NCBI GenBank assembly: GCA_963752255.1
Contig: CAVVXT010000014.1
Coordinates: forward strand, 32,803 to 96,802
Direction: 5' to 3'
DNA length: 64,000 bases
Source of the DNA: Nitrososphaeria archaeon
GTDB taxonomy: Archaea > Thermoproteota > Nitrososphaeria > JACIWG01
Shown: positions 53,545-63,785 of the stretch, piece after piece
Numbering within the stretch: the first letter of the stretch is position 1
Layout of the letters: each line of letters begins with the position of its first letter
Notes under the pieces: generated by a model
What the model saw: only the letters and a program-made list of their open reading frames with translations
The model's database searches: none
What the model was told of the DNA's origin: nothing
Program-made: the position numbers and the translations under genes

Positions 53545-54195
53545 ATGTCCCTCAACGATATCCTGATTGGCGTTGCCTTCGGCCTTTCTTCAGGTGCTAT
53601 CTTAGGTTTTTTTGTCTCAAAGTATTTGATTAAGCCTCCGACTAAGGTTACTCCTCCAAAACAGCTTGAAGTTAAGCCGTCAACCATTCCTCCTGAAGAA
53701 GCGAAGAATGCAAGACAGGAATTGAAGACCTTGCTTTTAGAGAAGGACTTGTTAGGCAATGCCATAACCCGGGTTTTTGAGTTAGAAGCCCAAGGACAGG
53801 TTTCTAAGGAAGAACGCGATATTCTTGTTAAAAGATACAAGGATCGACTCCAAGAAGTTGACGGCAAACTAGACGATATCGAGCTCATAATCGAAGTAGG
53901 TGAGCTGGAACATCTTAGAAATGAATTAGTCACTTTGATCACAAGAAAGCTAGACGATGTTGACAAGAAACTTGAAAAAGCATTGGTCCGCTTGGACGCT
54001 CTGAAAATCAGAAGTCCTCCTCCAGTTGCACAAAGTAAGGGTCAGCAAGCGAAGGAAGCTGCGGTTCCAAAGGTTGAGAAGAGACCACAACGAATACTCG
54101 AATCATCAGTTGACAAAGAACTCAAGCAGTACAGGGAAGAAATAATGGAGGCACTTGATAAGCTAGAGCAAATAGATTTAGAAGAGGGACAGTAG
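53545..54195 (+). CDS. membrane-anchored coiled-coil protein
   Basis: It has an N-terminal TM helix, a Pro-rich linker, and then long heptad-like charged helices. Confidence 0.3.
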   Translation: MSLNDILIGVAFGLSSGAILGFFVSKYLIKPPTKVTPPKQLEVKPSTIPPEEAKNARQELKTLLLEKDLLGNAITRVFELEAQGQVSKEERDILVKRYKDRLQEVDGKLDDIELIIEVGELEHLRNELVTLITRKLDDVDKKLEKALVRLDALKIRSPPPVAQSKGQQAKEAAVPKVEKRPQRILESSVDKELKQYREEIMEALDKLEQIDLEEGQ

Positions 54196-54196
54196 C

Positions 54197-54868
54197 TTGG
54201 ATTCCCCAATTAAAAAGATTGCCGAGGACCTGGTTGATAAGATAAACAAGATTAGATACATAGGTATGGGAAGTGGCCGTACTATGTCCGATTTTGTCGA
54301 TGCCCTAGCCAGCTTTAAGATAAAAAATGAACAAAAATTTGTCCCTACTTCTTACCAGATCGCTCTTAAACTAAGGGAAAAGAATTTCGAAGTCGAAATG
54401 TTCCCTCACATTAAAAAAATTGAATTATACATCGATGGTGTGGACCAGATCGAAGAGAAGAGTCATTTTGCAATAAAAGGCGGTGGTGGAGCACTTCAAA
54501 AGGAGAAGATATTGATGAATAACTCTGAGGAGACAGTTTTTATCCTTCAGGAAAAAAAGGTAGCAGAGAGATTGGGAACGGGATGTCCGGTTCCAGTTGA
54601 AGTGTCGCCTTTCGCTTCATCTTTCGTAACAAATTATATGAAGGAATTAGGTGCAAGTTCAGAACTGAGGAAAGATCAGAGAGGCTTTCCCATATTCACT
54701 GAAGGTGGTAACATGATTATAGATGTCTCCTTTAATGGGATATCTGATGTCATCGATTTGGAACATAAGATAAAAGCCCAACCAGGAGTAATTGAAGTTG
54801 GTCTCTTCACTAAAAAGCCATCCTATATCTACATACTAAAGGAATCATCCTTTGAAAAAAGAAGCTGA
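54197..54868 (+). CDS. rpiA: ribose-5-phosphate isomerase A
   Basis: It has IGMGSGRT, IDGVDQIEE and IKGGGGALQKEKI. Confidence 0.7.
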   Translation: MDSPIKKIAEDLVDKINKIRYIGMGSGRTMSDFVDALASFKIKNEQKFVPTSYQIALKLREKNFEVEMFPHIKKIELYIDGVDQIEEKSHFAIKGGGGALQKEKILMNNSEETVFILQEKKVAERLGTGCPVPVEVSPFASSFVTNYMKELGASSELRKDQRGFPIFTEGGNMIIDVSFNGISDVIDLEHKIKAQPGVIEVGLFTKKPSYIYILKESSFEKRS

Positions 54869-54989
54869 CAATACGACTTTCTATCTGTTGTAACGTATCG
54901 AGTCAGATTTTATCTTAAGACGAGTCTACATCAGCTGAGTCAACTTCACATTGAACGTTTGAAAGAGGATATGGGAAGGATTTCAACGA

Positions 54990-56174
54990 TTAGAGTTTTT
55001 TAGAGAACTCTTGACCTAATTCAAAGCACCTTTTAATCTCTTCTTTGTTAGGCGCCCAATTAACTTTCAGTGGTGGAGCAACAACTTCTATTCCTGCCTT
55101 TCCGAGTCTTTCTTCTATTATCTTAGTCGCCTGTCCTCCCCATCCATAGGATCCAAAGGTTGCTGCGACCTTCTTGAGGGGCCTGAGCCCTTCCACTTCT
55201 TCAAGGAATGGGGCCAACGTTGGTAATATACCGTTATTGATCGTCGATGATCCAATAATTATTCCCTTTGATTCGAGAAGCTCCATGAGGATGTCGCTTC
55301 TGTCAGAATATGGAAGCCGGAATAGAGAGGTTACCACGCCTTCATGCTCTAAACCTTCGACTATGGCTTTAGCCATCTTCTCCGTGCTACCCCACATTGT
55401 ATCATATACAACAATTACCTTCTTGTTCGATTCTCCGTTCGCCCATCTAAGATATGCCTCAATTATCTTCATTGGGTTGCTGCGCCAGATAATGCCGTGG
55501 CTTGGAGCTATCATCTTAATCTTTAACCCTATCCTTTGTACTTCTTCGATCTTTCTCTTTACCAGTTGGCTAAGGGGCCATAGTATGTTAGCGTAATATT
55601 TGGCAGCTTCTTCCATCAGTATTCTTTCGTCAACTTCGTCATCAAAACGTTTTGAAGTCGCTAGATGTTGGCCAAAGGCATCATTCGGAAGCAATAATTC
55701 GTCCTTCTCAATATATGTGAACATGCTATCTGGCCAGTGAAGCATTGGGGCTTCAAGAAACGTTAGTGTCCGTTTTCCAAGGTTTAACTGATCGCCCGTC
55801 TTTACAACTTGGAAGTTCCAGTTGCCAAAATAGTGTTTTTCTAAGCCCGCCTTACATTTCGCTGTTCCTATAACCTTGGCATTTGGAGCTAACTTTAGCA
55901 CTTCGCCTATGGCTCCGGAGTGGTCCGTTTCAACATGGTTTGCTATAATGTAGTCTATCTTGGAAGGTTCAATGACATCCTTTATCCTTTCTATCATTTC
56001 CTCCGAGAATGGCCCATAAACGCTATCGACTAATACAACCTTTTCATCGACTATTAAGTAGGCGTTGTAGGTAGTTCCCCTATGGGTTGAATAAGTAAAA
56101 CCATGGAAGTTTCTAACGTTCCAGTCTACAACACCAACCCAGAAGATGTTCTCTAAAATTTCTATTGCTGACAT
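54990..56174 (-). CDS. flavodiiron protein (FprA family: metallo-beta-lactamase-like domain plus flavodoxin domain)
   Basis: It has the di-iron ligand motif HVETDHSGA and a C-terminal flavodoxin-like domain, at 394 aa. Confidence 0.75.
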   Translation of the reverse strand: MSAIEILENIFWVGVVDWNVRNFHGFTYSTHRGTTYNAYLIVDEKVVLVDSVYGPFSEEMIERIKDVIEPSKIDYIIANHVETDHSGAIGEVLKLAPNAKVIGTAKCKAGLEKHYFGNWNFQVVKTGDQLNLGKRTLTFLEAPMLHWPDSMFTYIEKDELLLPNDAFGQHLATSKRFDDEVDERILMEEAAKYYANILWPLSQLVKRKIEEVQRIGLKIKMIAPSHGIIWRSNPMKIIEAYLRWANGESNKKVIVVYDTMWGSTEKMAKAIVEGLEHEGVVTSLFRLPYSDRSDILMELLESKGIIIGSSTINNGILPTLAPFLEEVEGLRPLKKVAATFGSYGWGGQATKIIEERLGKAGIEVVAPPLKVNWAPNKEEIKRCFELGQEFSKKL

Positions 56175-56841
56175 ATTCAGGTCATTTTACTCCGCTTGGA
56201 CTTAAACTAACGGTAAAATTTATCTTTTTATGAAGCAAGATGTGAATCAGTTTAGATAAATGTTTCTCGGTTTATGCTAAGTTAAAAAATTGATAAAAGA
56301 CCATTTAAAGGAAATCTCCATCGTTTATCGGATGATATCATTGTCCAGTCTATCTGTTTCTGTTCGAATCTAATACTTGAACGTAGGATTTATACTGAAT
56401 GGGTTCAAATCTTTTTTTGAGAAAAATTTTTTTACTATGTAAATTGAAGCCGTCTATGAAATTTATCTCATTCCCATTGTTAAGATAATCAACTTATCCT
56501 AATATCGCTGTAATTATAAGTTACTCGGCAAATTTTTTCCTTTCTCAGCTTTTAAATTCGAGCCATATTAATTTTCTGAGTATTATGCATTTTTTTGAAA
56601 TACTTTGATAAATAAACAAAATAATAATATATTCAAAAAGACTTATGTAGAATTAATTTCTAAAAGAATTTATAAAACTTGTAAAGTTTGTTTTAAAAAT
56701 GTTATCATGTTTCTGAGTGTTTATGACATAGTAAAAGAGAAAATGGGAAAAGTAACAGGAGACATATTTTTGAGGAAAAGACGGAAACCTCACAAATAGA
56801 TAATGCATATGTATGAAATAATCTATAAACAATTGCGGCTG

Positions 56842-58035
56842 TCAACTGCTCTCTTTAAGGACGTTAACTATATTCTCGACAAGTATGTCGGCTTTCTTTT
56901 TATCTTCTTCAGATATTTTACCTTTCACCAGCAGTTGTGGTTCTAAAACCTTCATGCCTATTTCTAAAAGCCTGCTTTTTAGAGTATCGGTAATATTACT
57001 ACCCCAGCTATAGTTGGTGAAAATCGCAAAGGTCTTAGGTCGAACATGCTTTATCGTCATGTATTCAATAATATTCGATACAAGCGGGAATATTTGACCT
57101 TCATAGGTTGGTGATCCTATCATAACCACCTTCGAATCTAATATATCTGTTAAAATATAGCTTGGATGAACTATACCCAAATCATGTAAGATAACATCTA
57201 TCCCTTTTTCTCTCAGTTTTGATCTAAAGTACTCTGCACATTCTTTTGTATGTTCATACATACTCCCATAAATAATCAGAACTTTGTTTTCATCTTTACC
57301 TGAACTCCATTGAAGATATTTAGATATAGGATAGTTCGGATTATTCCTGTAAATAGGGCCATGTGTTGTGCAGAGAATTTTTATCGGAAGATCTTGAATC
57401 TTTTCACCTGCTTTGATGATGAACAGTGAATAATGGGAAAATATATCTGCAAAATATCTCTTCATTTCAATCTCATAAGATGAAACATTTTTTTGATCGT
57501 CAAATAAATTTCCGTTCATTGTGCTAAAGGTTCCAAAGGCATCGCCTGAAAATAAAACTTGATCCTCTACATCATAAGTAAAGATTGTTTCAGGCCAATG
57601 AAGCCAGGGTGCAGTAATAATTTTTAATGTGCGGTCACCAAGTGATATTATTTCACCATCTTTGACCACTAGACTATTGAAGTCTTTATGGTAGTATGCC
57701 TTTGCTATATTAATCGCCATCTGTGATCCAATAACTTTTGCTTTAGGTGCGTACTTTAGAATTTCCCCAAGAGATCCGCTGTGATCTGGTTCCAAGTGAT
57801 TTAGAACTATATAGTCGATCTTTGAAGGTTCAACGACTTCCTTAACATTTTCTAAGAACTCTTTTGAATAGAACTTGTCCACAGTATCTATCAGCACAGT
57901 CTTCTCTGAACCTTTGATAATGTACGAATTGTAAGTTATACCCTGAGGTATAGGCCACAATCCTTCAAATAAGATGTTTCTATAATCATTAATTCCTACC
58001 CAGAATAAATTATCAAGGATTTTAACCGAAACCAA
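56842..58035 (-). CDS. flavodiiron protein, second paralog
   Basis: It has NHLEPDHSGS and the same architecture, at 397 aa. Confidence 0.75.
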   Translation of the reverse strand: MVSVKILDNLFWVGINDYRNILFEGLWPIPQGITYNSYIIKGSEKTVLIDTVDKFYSKEFLENVKEVVEPSKIDYIVLNHLEPDHSGSLGEILKYAPKAKVIGSQMAINIAKAYYHKDFNSLVVKDGEIISLGDRTLKIITAPWLHWPETIFTYDVEDQVLFSGDAFGTFSTMNGNLFDDQKNVSSYEIEMKRYFADIFSHYSLFIIKAGEKIQDLPIKILCTTHGPIYRNNPNYPISKYLQWSSGKDENKVLIIYGSMYEHTKECAEYFRSKLREKGIDVILHDLGIVHPSYILTDILDSKVVMIGSPTYEGQIFPLVSNIIEYMTIKHVRPKTFAIFTNYSWGSNITDTLKSRLLEIGMKVLEPQLLVKGKISEEDKKKADILVENIVNVLKESS

Positions 58036-58147
58036 TTAGAATTCGCCCATATCAATTTCTATATTTGATGATATAAAATTTTTTTATTTTCTCTCAGGTC
58101 CAGGGGCTGTTATCATGATCATCTTAGCAACTTTAATCTAAAATGAA

Positions 58148-58222
58148 GTGGACCGGGTGGGACTCGAACCCACGACCTCTCCCATGCCAAGGGAGCATAA
58201 CTACCAACCTGTACTACCGGCC
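58148..58222 (-). tRNA. tRNA-Ala (GGC)
   Basis: The minus-strand fold has acceptor gggccgg/ccggtcc with a G3:U70 pair, anticodon stem ctccc/gggag with loop uuGGCau, and T-arm gtgggttcgagtcccac. Confidence 0.75.
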
Positions 58223-58397
58223 CATAGCGCTTTATAACTCATAGGCGGTCTAAAATACTTAATAGATTTTACTATTTTTAATCATTTACCACGCCAAATT
58301 TAAACATGAATGAATCTAAAATATTATTCAGTCTATTAACCCTTTCATATGATAGAGTGCCAAACGGAGCCAGAAAGTTGAAGACAATCATCGGGAG

Positions 58398-58742
58398 ATG
58401 TATCGTCAATTAGACGATTTGATTGCTAACTATGATTCAATAAGATCAAAAACCATAGACTTTGAGAAACGTTCTGAGTTCGGTCTACAGCTCTACAGGG
58501 CATTGAACCGATTTATTTCATTCTATCTTACGCGCATCAATGAAGAAGAGAAGGATGTGCAGCCTACGTTTTGGAGGTTCTGCATGAACAAGGATTTGGC
58601 AGACGCTTTGCATACAATTATAACAAGTCAAAAGCCTGAAGAGCTCAAGTATAACTTTGCGATGATGGTTCCAGTCATGAATTTGAATGATCAGATTGTT
58701 AATAGATCTATTGCCTTTGCAACTTTAATTAATAGAGCTTAA
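58398..58742 (+). CDS. hypothetical protein
   Basis: The 114-aa ORF lies between tRNA genes and has no recognised motif. Confidence 0.25.
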   Translation: MYRQLDDLIANYDSIRSKTIDFEKRSEFGLQLYRALNRFISFYLTRINEEEKDVQPTFWRFCMNKDLADALHTIITSQKPEELKYNFAMMVPVMNLNDQIVNRSIAFATLINRA

Positions 58743-58864
58743 CTATTTCAATACTCACGTGACAGAATAACAGATGTAAAAAATTTTGCAGAAAAATATT
58801 TAAAGTGAGTCATAGGCCAACAATGTTGTCTAAAGCGAGGAAAAATAAGAAACTGAAGACAAAT

Positions 58865-58939
58865 GCGACCGTAGTCTAGTCTGGTCTAGGACGGGAGCCT
58901 GCCACGCTTCTGACCCGGGTTCAAATCCCGGCGGTCGCA
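58865..58939 (+). tRNA. tRNA-Gly (GCC)
   Basis: The sequence gcgaccgtagtctagtctggtctaggacgggagcctGCCacgcttctgacccgggttcaaatcccggcggtcgca folds as a cloverleaf. Confidence 0.8.
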
Positions 58940-59061
58940 TCCTAAACAATAGGCAAAAATTAGTATCCTCAACCCATAGTAAAAATTCTAAGAAACTTCA
59001 CGTTTGCGGCTTAATCGACGATTTAAAATTATATATACCATCCTTAAGTGGCAATAACATA

Positions 59062-59676
59062 ATGCCTTACGGATTCAACTTTGATCTAAACAGCATTCCA
59101 AAGGCTTTCTTCAAGGAATTGGTGCTCGTCGCTTACAGGGGCAATGTTCATGCAAAGCTTGGCACACGGGCTAAAACGCTGGTCAAAAAATTCAAGATAA
59201 ACGAACTTACCGGCGTAGATTTCGGAGATGCGATAACACTTGTTGAAGACCTTATAACGGTTTACGCCAAGAACTTTGAATATCAGCCTTCATTCCAGTC
59301 CACCAACAGGAGGGCCGTCTTTTTGCCCCATTGTTCAAGGAAGTACATGGATGGAAGATGTAAGGCTTCCTTTGATCCAGCAATACCAGCCTACATGTGT
59401 AACTCCTGTTCGGAGGACTGCCTTGTAAATCAGGCTACAAAGATTGCGAGAAGTAAAATGTACGATGTATTCGTTGTTCCGGGTGGATCATGCATACCAA
59501 AAATACTGAAGGAAAGAGGGTATGACGGTATGATAGGAGTGGCGTGCAGCCAAGAACTGAAAATGTCCACATCCCCCTTAGATGCGTTGAAGGTTTCTGG
59601 GCAGGGGATACCTTTAACGAAGAACGGCTGTGCAAACACCAAATTTGAGCTTGACACATTAAGGGCAGTACTATAA
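59062..59676 (+). CDS. Cys-rich conserved protein, DUF116-like
   Basis: It has LPHCSRKYMDGRCKA...YMCNSCSEDC and is 204 aa, which matches the DUF116 pattern from memory. Confidence 0.35.
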   Translation: MPYGFNFDLNSIPKAFFKELVLVAYRGNVHAKLGTRAKTLVKKFKINELTGVDFGDAITLVEDLITVYAKNFEYQPSFQSTNRRAVFLPHCSRKYMDGRCKASFDPAIPAYMCNSCSEDCLVNQATKIARSKMYDVFVVPGGSCIPKILKERGYDGMIGVACSQELKMSTSPLDALKVSGQGIPLTKNGCANTKFELDTLRAVL

Positions 59677-59779
59677 AGGAATTTAAAATCAGCGGTCATG
59701 TTTTAGTTCTACTTCTAAGAGCCATTCAAGGCCATAAAAGTTATAATATCTTGTTAAGGAACATGACTTGGCTAGAGCT

Positions 59780-59853
59780 GCCGAGGTAGCTCAGCCTGGG
59801 AGAGCACTCGGCTGAAGACCGAGCCGTCGCCGGTTCAAACCCGGCCCTCGGCA
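59780..59853 (+). tRNA. tRNA-Phe (GAA)
   Basis: The sequence gccgaggtagctcagcctgggagagcactcggctGAAgaccgagccgtcgccggttcaaacccggccctcggca folds as a cloverleaf. Confidence 0.8.
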
Positions 59854-60226
59854 CTTATTTTTGGGCTCAATTAACTTTCCTAAAAGCCATTAAGTGCATA
59901 GTAATATTATAAACATAAGTTTATGCTCTTAGGTTCACAGCCTTCCGGTGGTTTTGCATCGAACTTTGAGCGTGCTATGAGTGATTCTCGTGAGTTCTAA
60001 ATCAAATAGAGAATACCTTTTCTCTTGCAGATTCCGTAGTTTATTTCGTTCAGGAAAAAAATTGGAAGTAATCATGTTCGTGTTCCTCTTATTTTATCGT
60101 AGATTCTAGAAAAGTTAATTTAAAGTACCTATCCATTGCTAGAGTGGCTTAAAGGCATACGGTAGTTTGACGGGCAAACCGACCTACAAGGGATGAAGAT
60201 AACATTGCCGTATGCCGAGAAAACGT

Positions 60227-60301
60227 GGGCCGATAGTACAGTTCGGTAGCTACGCTCGCCTCGCACGCGAGAGATCGCGGGTTCAAATCCCGCTCGGTCC
60301 A
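60227..60301 (+). tRNA. tRNA-Ala (CGC)
   Basis: It has acceptor gggccga/tcggtcc with G3:U70, anticodon stem ctcgc/gcgag with loop cuCGCac, and T-arm gcgggttcaaatcccgc. Confidence 0.7.
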
Positions 60302-60392
60302 CTTCGTTTTAGATTAAGGTTTAGGAATAGAAGGAAGACAATAAAATCATTTAACTAGGTGGGATTCTTATTTTAGTGATGGAAGAGGAAAG

Positions 60393-61652
60393 ATGCCGAA
60401 GGACTCTCTTGAAACTAAGAAGAAAATATTGAAGGAAGTGATCAAGCAGCTACAAGGCGGGGCATCGCCGCAGGAAGTCAAAGAAAAGTTCAAACAGGCT
60501 TTGGACGGCGTGAACCCTGAGGATATAGCAAAGATCGAACAGGAGCTTGTCAAAGAGGGAATTCCGAGGGAACAGCTCCCAAGCCTTTGTGATGTTCATA
60601 TGGCCGTTTTTGCCGAACAGCTGGAAAAAAATAAACTTCAAGTCCCTCCAGGCCATCCGATTAGCATCCTGATGGAAGAACACAAAATTTTGTTGGAACG
60701 GCTAAAAAGGTTGGAAGGCTTGGTGGGCGAAACCGAGCAGGCATGTGAAAGATGTGACATGGTCAATGTTGGTGAAGCGTTAAAGGAGCTGCAGGACATA
60801 GCAAAGGATTTTCGGGACTCAGACAAACACTTTTTGAGAGAGGAAAACGTGCTTTTCCCTCTGCTGGAAAAGCATGGGATCACGGAGCCGCCTGCAATAA
60901 TGTGGATGGAACACGTGAAAATAAGAGAGAAGGAGAAACAGTTCTTCAATTTTCTCGAAAAATGGAGCACACTCTACTACAAATATACGGTGGAGACCAT
61001 GGACTTCCAGTACTTCAAAAAGCAAATAGGCGAAGTAGCCACCCCCCTCTGCGAAATCGTCCCAAGCCACTTTTTCAAAGAGAATAATGTGCTCTTTCCA
61101 ACGGCGGTAAAAATGGTTACAGAGAAAGAATGGGAAGAAGCTAGAAGGGAGTTTGATGACATCGGTTACTGCTGTTTCACTCCGCAGCAGTTAATAGGAA
61201 AGCCCTACATTGAAGGAGGTAAAGTTACACCCGCGCTCGAGGGCATTCTGCGATTTGAAAACGGTAGCCTATCAGAGAAGGAGATAGGAGCCATCTTGGA
61301 CTCTCTTCCAATAGACCTCACATTCATTGATAAAAACGACACGGTAAGATACTTCAACAAGGCAGAGAAGAGGATCTTCCTGCGAACTAAGGCCGTTATC
61401 GGGAGAAAAGTACAGTTATGCCATCCTCAGAAAAGTGTTCACATAGTGAACCGGATCCTAGAATCTTTTAAGACTGGCAAGAAGGACGTGGCTGAATTTT
61501 GGATACAAATGAACAATCGACTAGTTCATATCAGGTACTTCACTATAAGGGAAAAGAATGGGAAATACTTGGGGACCTTAGAAGTGACGCAGGATTTGAC
61601 GGACATTAAAAAGATAGAGGGACAAAAAAAGCTTCTGGACTGGGAAGACTAG
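60393..61652 (+). CDS. DUF438 / hemerythrin-like / PAS-like protein (COG2461-type)
   Basis: It has an N-terminal DUF438-like segment (KKKILKEVIKQLQGGASPQEVKEKFKQALDGVNPEDIAKIEQELVKEGIP...LCDVHMAVF) followed by a His/Glu-rich helical domain and a C-terminal PAS-like region. Confidence 0.45.
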   Translation: MPKDSLETKKKILKEVIKQLQGGASPQEVKEKFKQALDGVNPEDIAKIEQELVKEGIPREQLPSLCDVHMAVFAEQLEKNKLQVPPGHPISILMEEHKILLERLKRLEGLVGETEQACERCDMVNVGEALKELQDIAKDFRDSDKHFLREENVLFPLLEKHGITEPPAIMWMEHVKIREKEKQFFNFLEKWSTLYYKYTVETMDFQYFKKQIGEVATPLCEIVPSHFFKENNVLFPTAVKMVTEKEWEEARREFDDIGYCCFTPQQLIGKPYIEGGKVTPALEGILRFENGSLSEKEIGAILDSLPIDLTFIDKNDTVRYFNKAEKRIFLRTKAVIGRKVQLCHPQKSVHIVNRILESFKTGKKDVAEFWIQMNNRLVHIRYFTIREKNGKYLGTLEVTQDLTDIKKIEGQKKLLDWED

Positions 61653-61669
61653 TTGGAGTTTTAAAATCG

Positions 61670-61894
61670 TTAAGTTTCGGTGACGGTTATCACGCTAACT
61701 GGACAGGCGCCCTCTGCACCTCGAGCGTCCGTTATTTTATCGTCGTCAAAATTGCCTGTGGACTTTCCATTGCTTGTTCCCCCGACTACCTTTGACTTTC
61801 CATCGGCATCACCTTCATAGTGGGTGGGGTCAATCGTATAGCATGTCGCGCAGGCTATACATCCCTCCCTATCAATTTCAATCCTATACTTCAA
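61670..61894 (-). CDS. small [Fe-S] ferredoxin
   Basis: It has CIACATC plus a distal CP, i.e. the single-cluster ferredoxin layout, at 74 aa. Confidence 0.45.
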   Translation of the reverse strand: MKYRIEIDREGCIACATCYTIDPTHYEGDADGKSKVVGGTSNGKSTGNFDDDKITDARGAEGACPVSVITVTET

Positions 61895-62127
61895 CTACAT
61901 CATTTTTTCCTCTTTAGTTTAATATTTAAATGTTACAAAAAAGATTTAGGTGGAACATCAGTTTGGTCTCAGGTTCCATCAGTGTACTTGATAATAAAAA
62001 GTGCAGATAAATATATTCTGATATTAAAAGATTAAACCTGCATTTTTCCCTCTGATGTAAAGGCCTGCTTGACCTTTTTAATCAATAATATTTATTTGTG
62101 TATGTTCTGGGTGGTTTATGACGAAGA

Positions 62128-63345
62128 TTGAAGGCCAGTAATAAGCAGAAGACTAGGTCGCCAAACAGAACGTTGGCAATTGTAACGGTGTCACATATGA
62201 TGCAGCATATTTTCTTGGGAACGTCCGTCTTATACCCACTAATAATTACTGAACTGAAACTTAATTACGCCCAATTCGGGCTTGTTGTAGCCTTGGCTTC
62301 ATTTGTCGGCGGCCTTTTTCAGCTGGTTCCAAGTATTATCAGTAGAAGGGTAGCTAGACATGTCATTCTTGGAGTTGGAAACATTATCTTGTCTGTTGGA
62401 ACCTTCCTAACAGGGATCTCGCATGGTATTTTGGATTTCCTAGGTGCTAGGACGTTATCGAATATTGGAACCGCACCGACACATCCCATGGGAACGGCTA
62501 TTATTTCTGGCAAGTTTGAAGACGAAAAAATTGGTTGGGCGATAGGCATTCACTACGGGCTAGCTTACATCGGTAACATCATAGGACCACTACTTATGAC
62601 CTTTCTGGCTGTTGCATTTAACTGGAGGGTCTCATTATATGTCTTCGCTGTCCCCTCCTTGGTTGTAGGCATAACAATGATCTGGTACCTGGGTGAAGGC
62701 AAAAAGATGATGTACGGCAGGGAAAGTAACACTACTTCCTTAAAGTCCGATGTTGTCGGGATTTTGAAAACGAGAGGGGTCTTATCGCTACTCTTAGCGC
62801 AGGTTCTTCTCGCAGGAGCGATAGACATAAACCTCCTAACAACTTACACCCCAATATTTCTCACTAGCGTTCTAAAATTAAATACCGTTGGAAGTGGCAT
62901 CTTTTATACGATTGAACTTTCAGGAGGAATATTTGGGCCCCTTGCCCTCGGAAGGATTGGAGCTAAGCGTGGATACATTAAGACCGCTATATTTTCTACG
63001 ACCGCTGGTGTCATAAGTGTTGTACTTCTCTCCTTTTACTCCTCAGCTAATTTGTTTTTAGCAGTCCATCTCTTCTTACTGGGCTTCTTCTGTTTCGCCT
63101 TCACCACCCTTGCCCAATCTCATCTGATTCGGATAACAGCAAAATCTTCAAGAGATTTGGCTGTAGGCATCTATTTTACCGGCCTCTTTTCAGCTTATTC
63201 CTTATGGGTGGCCGTCGTGGGCTACATAATTAATATCTATTCTTTTCTGCCTGCCTTTATTCTTATGGGAGCTCTTGGTGCAACAGGAATAATCATTTTA
63301 GTCACTCAGGTCAAAGACACAGGTCCTAAGTTGAATGTGAAATAA
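62128..63345 (+). CDS. major facilitator superfamily transporter
   Basis: It has about 12 predicted TM helices with an MFS-like loop between TM2 and TM3. Confidence 0.6.
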   Translation: MKASNKQKTRSPNRTLAIVTVSHMMQHIFLGTSVLYPLIITELKLNYAQFGLVVALASFVGGLFQLVPSIISRRVARHVILGVGNIILSVGTFLTGISHGILDFLGARTLSNIGTAPTHPMGTAIISGKFEDEKIGWAIGIHYGLAYIGNIIGPLLMTFLAVAFNWRVSLYVFAVPSLVVGITMIWYLGEGKKMMYGRESNTTSLKSDVVGILKTRGVLSLLLAQVLLAGAIDINLLTTYTPIFLTSVLKLNTVGSGIFYTIELSGGIFGPLALGRIGAKRGYIKTAIFSTTAGVISVVLLSFYSSANLFLAVHLFLLGFFCFAFTTLAQSHLIRITAKSSRDLAVGIYFTGLFSAYSLWVAVVGYIINIYSFLPAFILMGALGATGIIILVTQVKDTGPKLNVK

Positions 63346-63785
63346 TGCTTTCAATATATTTTCTAGCTATGAACTTGTAATGCTTTGAAAAATATTATGT
63401 AGGACTCGAAATTTTAAGAGTTAGGGACACAAAAAATTGAGTTCGCCCTCAAAGCTTTTCTGACCTAAACATCCGTTCGCTGTGCTCGCCTATTTTCTTA
63501 ATTTTTTTTCATACTCGTCGAATTGTAATGGCTTGAGCCCACTTATGACTTACAGTAATCTTCCTAAGATGTTTGGCAGTAAAAGCATGGCCTTTTTCCT
63601 TGACACCCCAGCTGTAGAGTATTTTGAAACATTCATTCCAACTTCTGCACGTTGATTTACGGACAATTGCCAGTTTACCATAGTGTGTTGACAGGATAGG
63701 GGAGAACATAATTCAGCCGGTAAAACCCAAAACTAGATAAAGCAGATTAGACTACTTTACTCTTGTAAAAAAAAGAGGTGTGATT

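Noticed and set aside
56605-56799. A 64-aa plus-strand ORF in the spacer between the two flavodiiron genes.
   Set aside because: It sits in an AT-rich promoter region with low-complexity K/I/F-rich sequence. It is probably not coding.
59854-60226. A possible C/D-box or H/ACA sRNA between tRNA-Phe and tRNA-Ala.
   Set aside because: The C box (UGAUGA) and D box (CUGA) are not present with correct spacing, and no ACA follows the hairpin. Only the stem-loop itself is reported.
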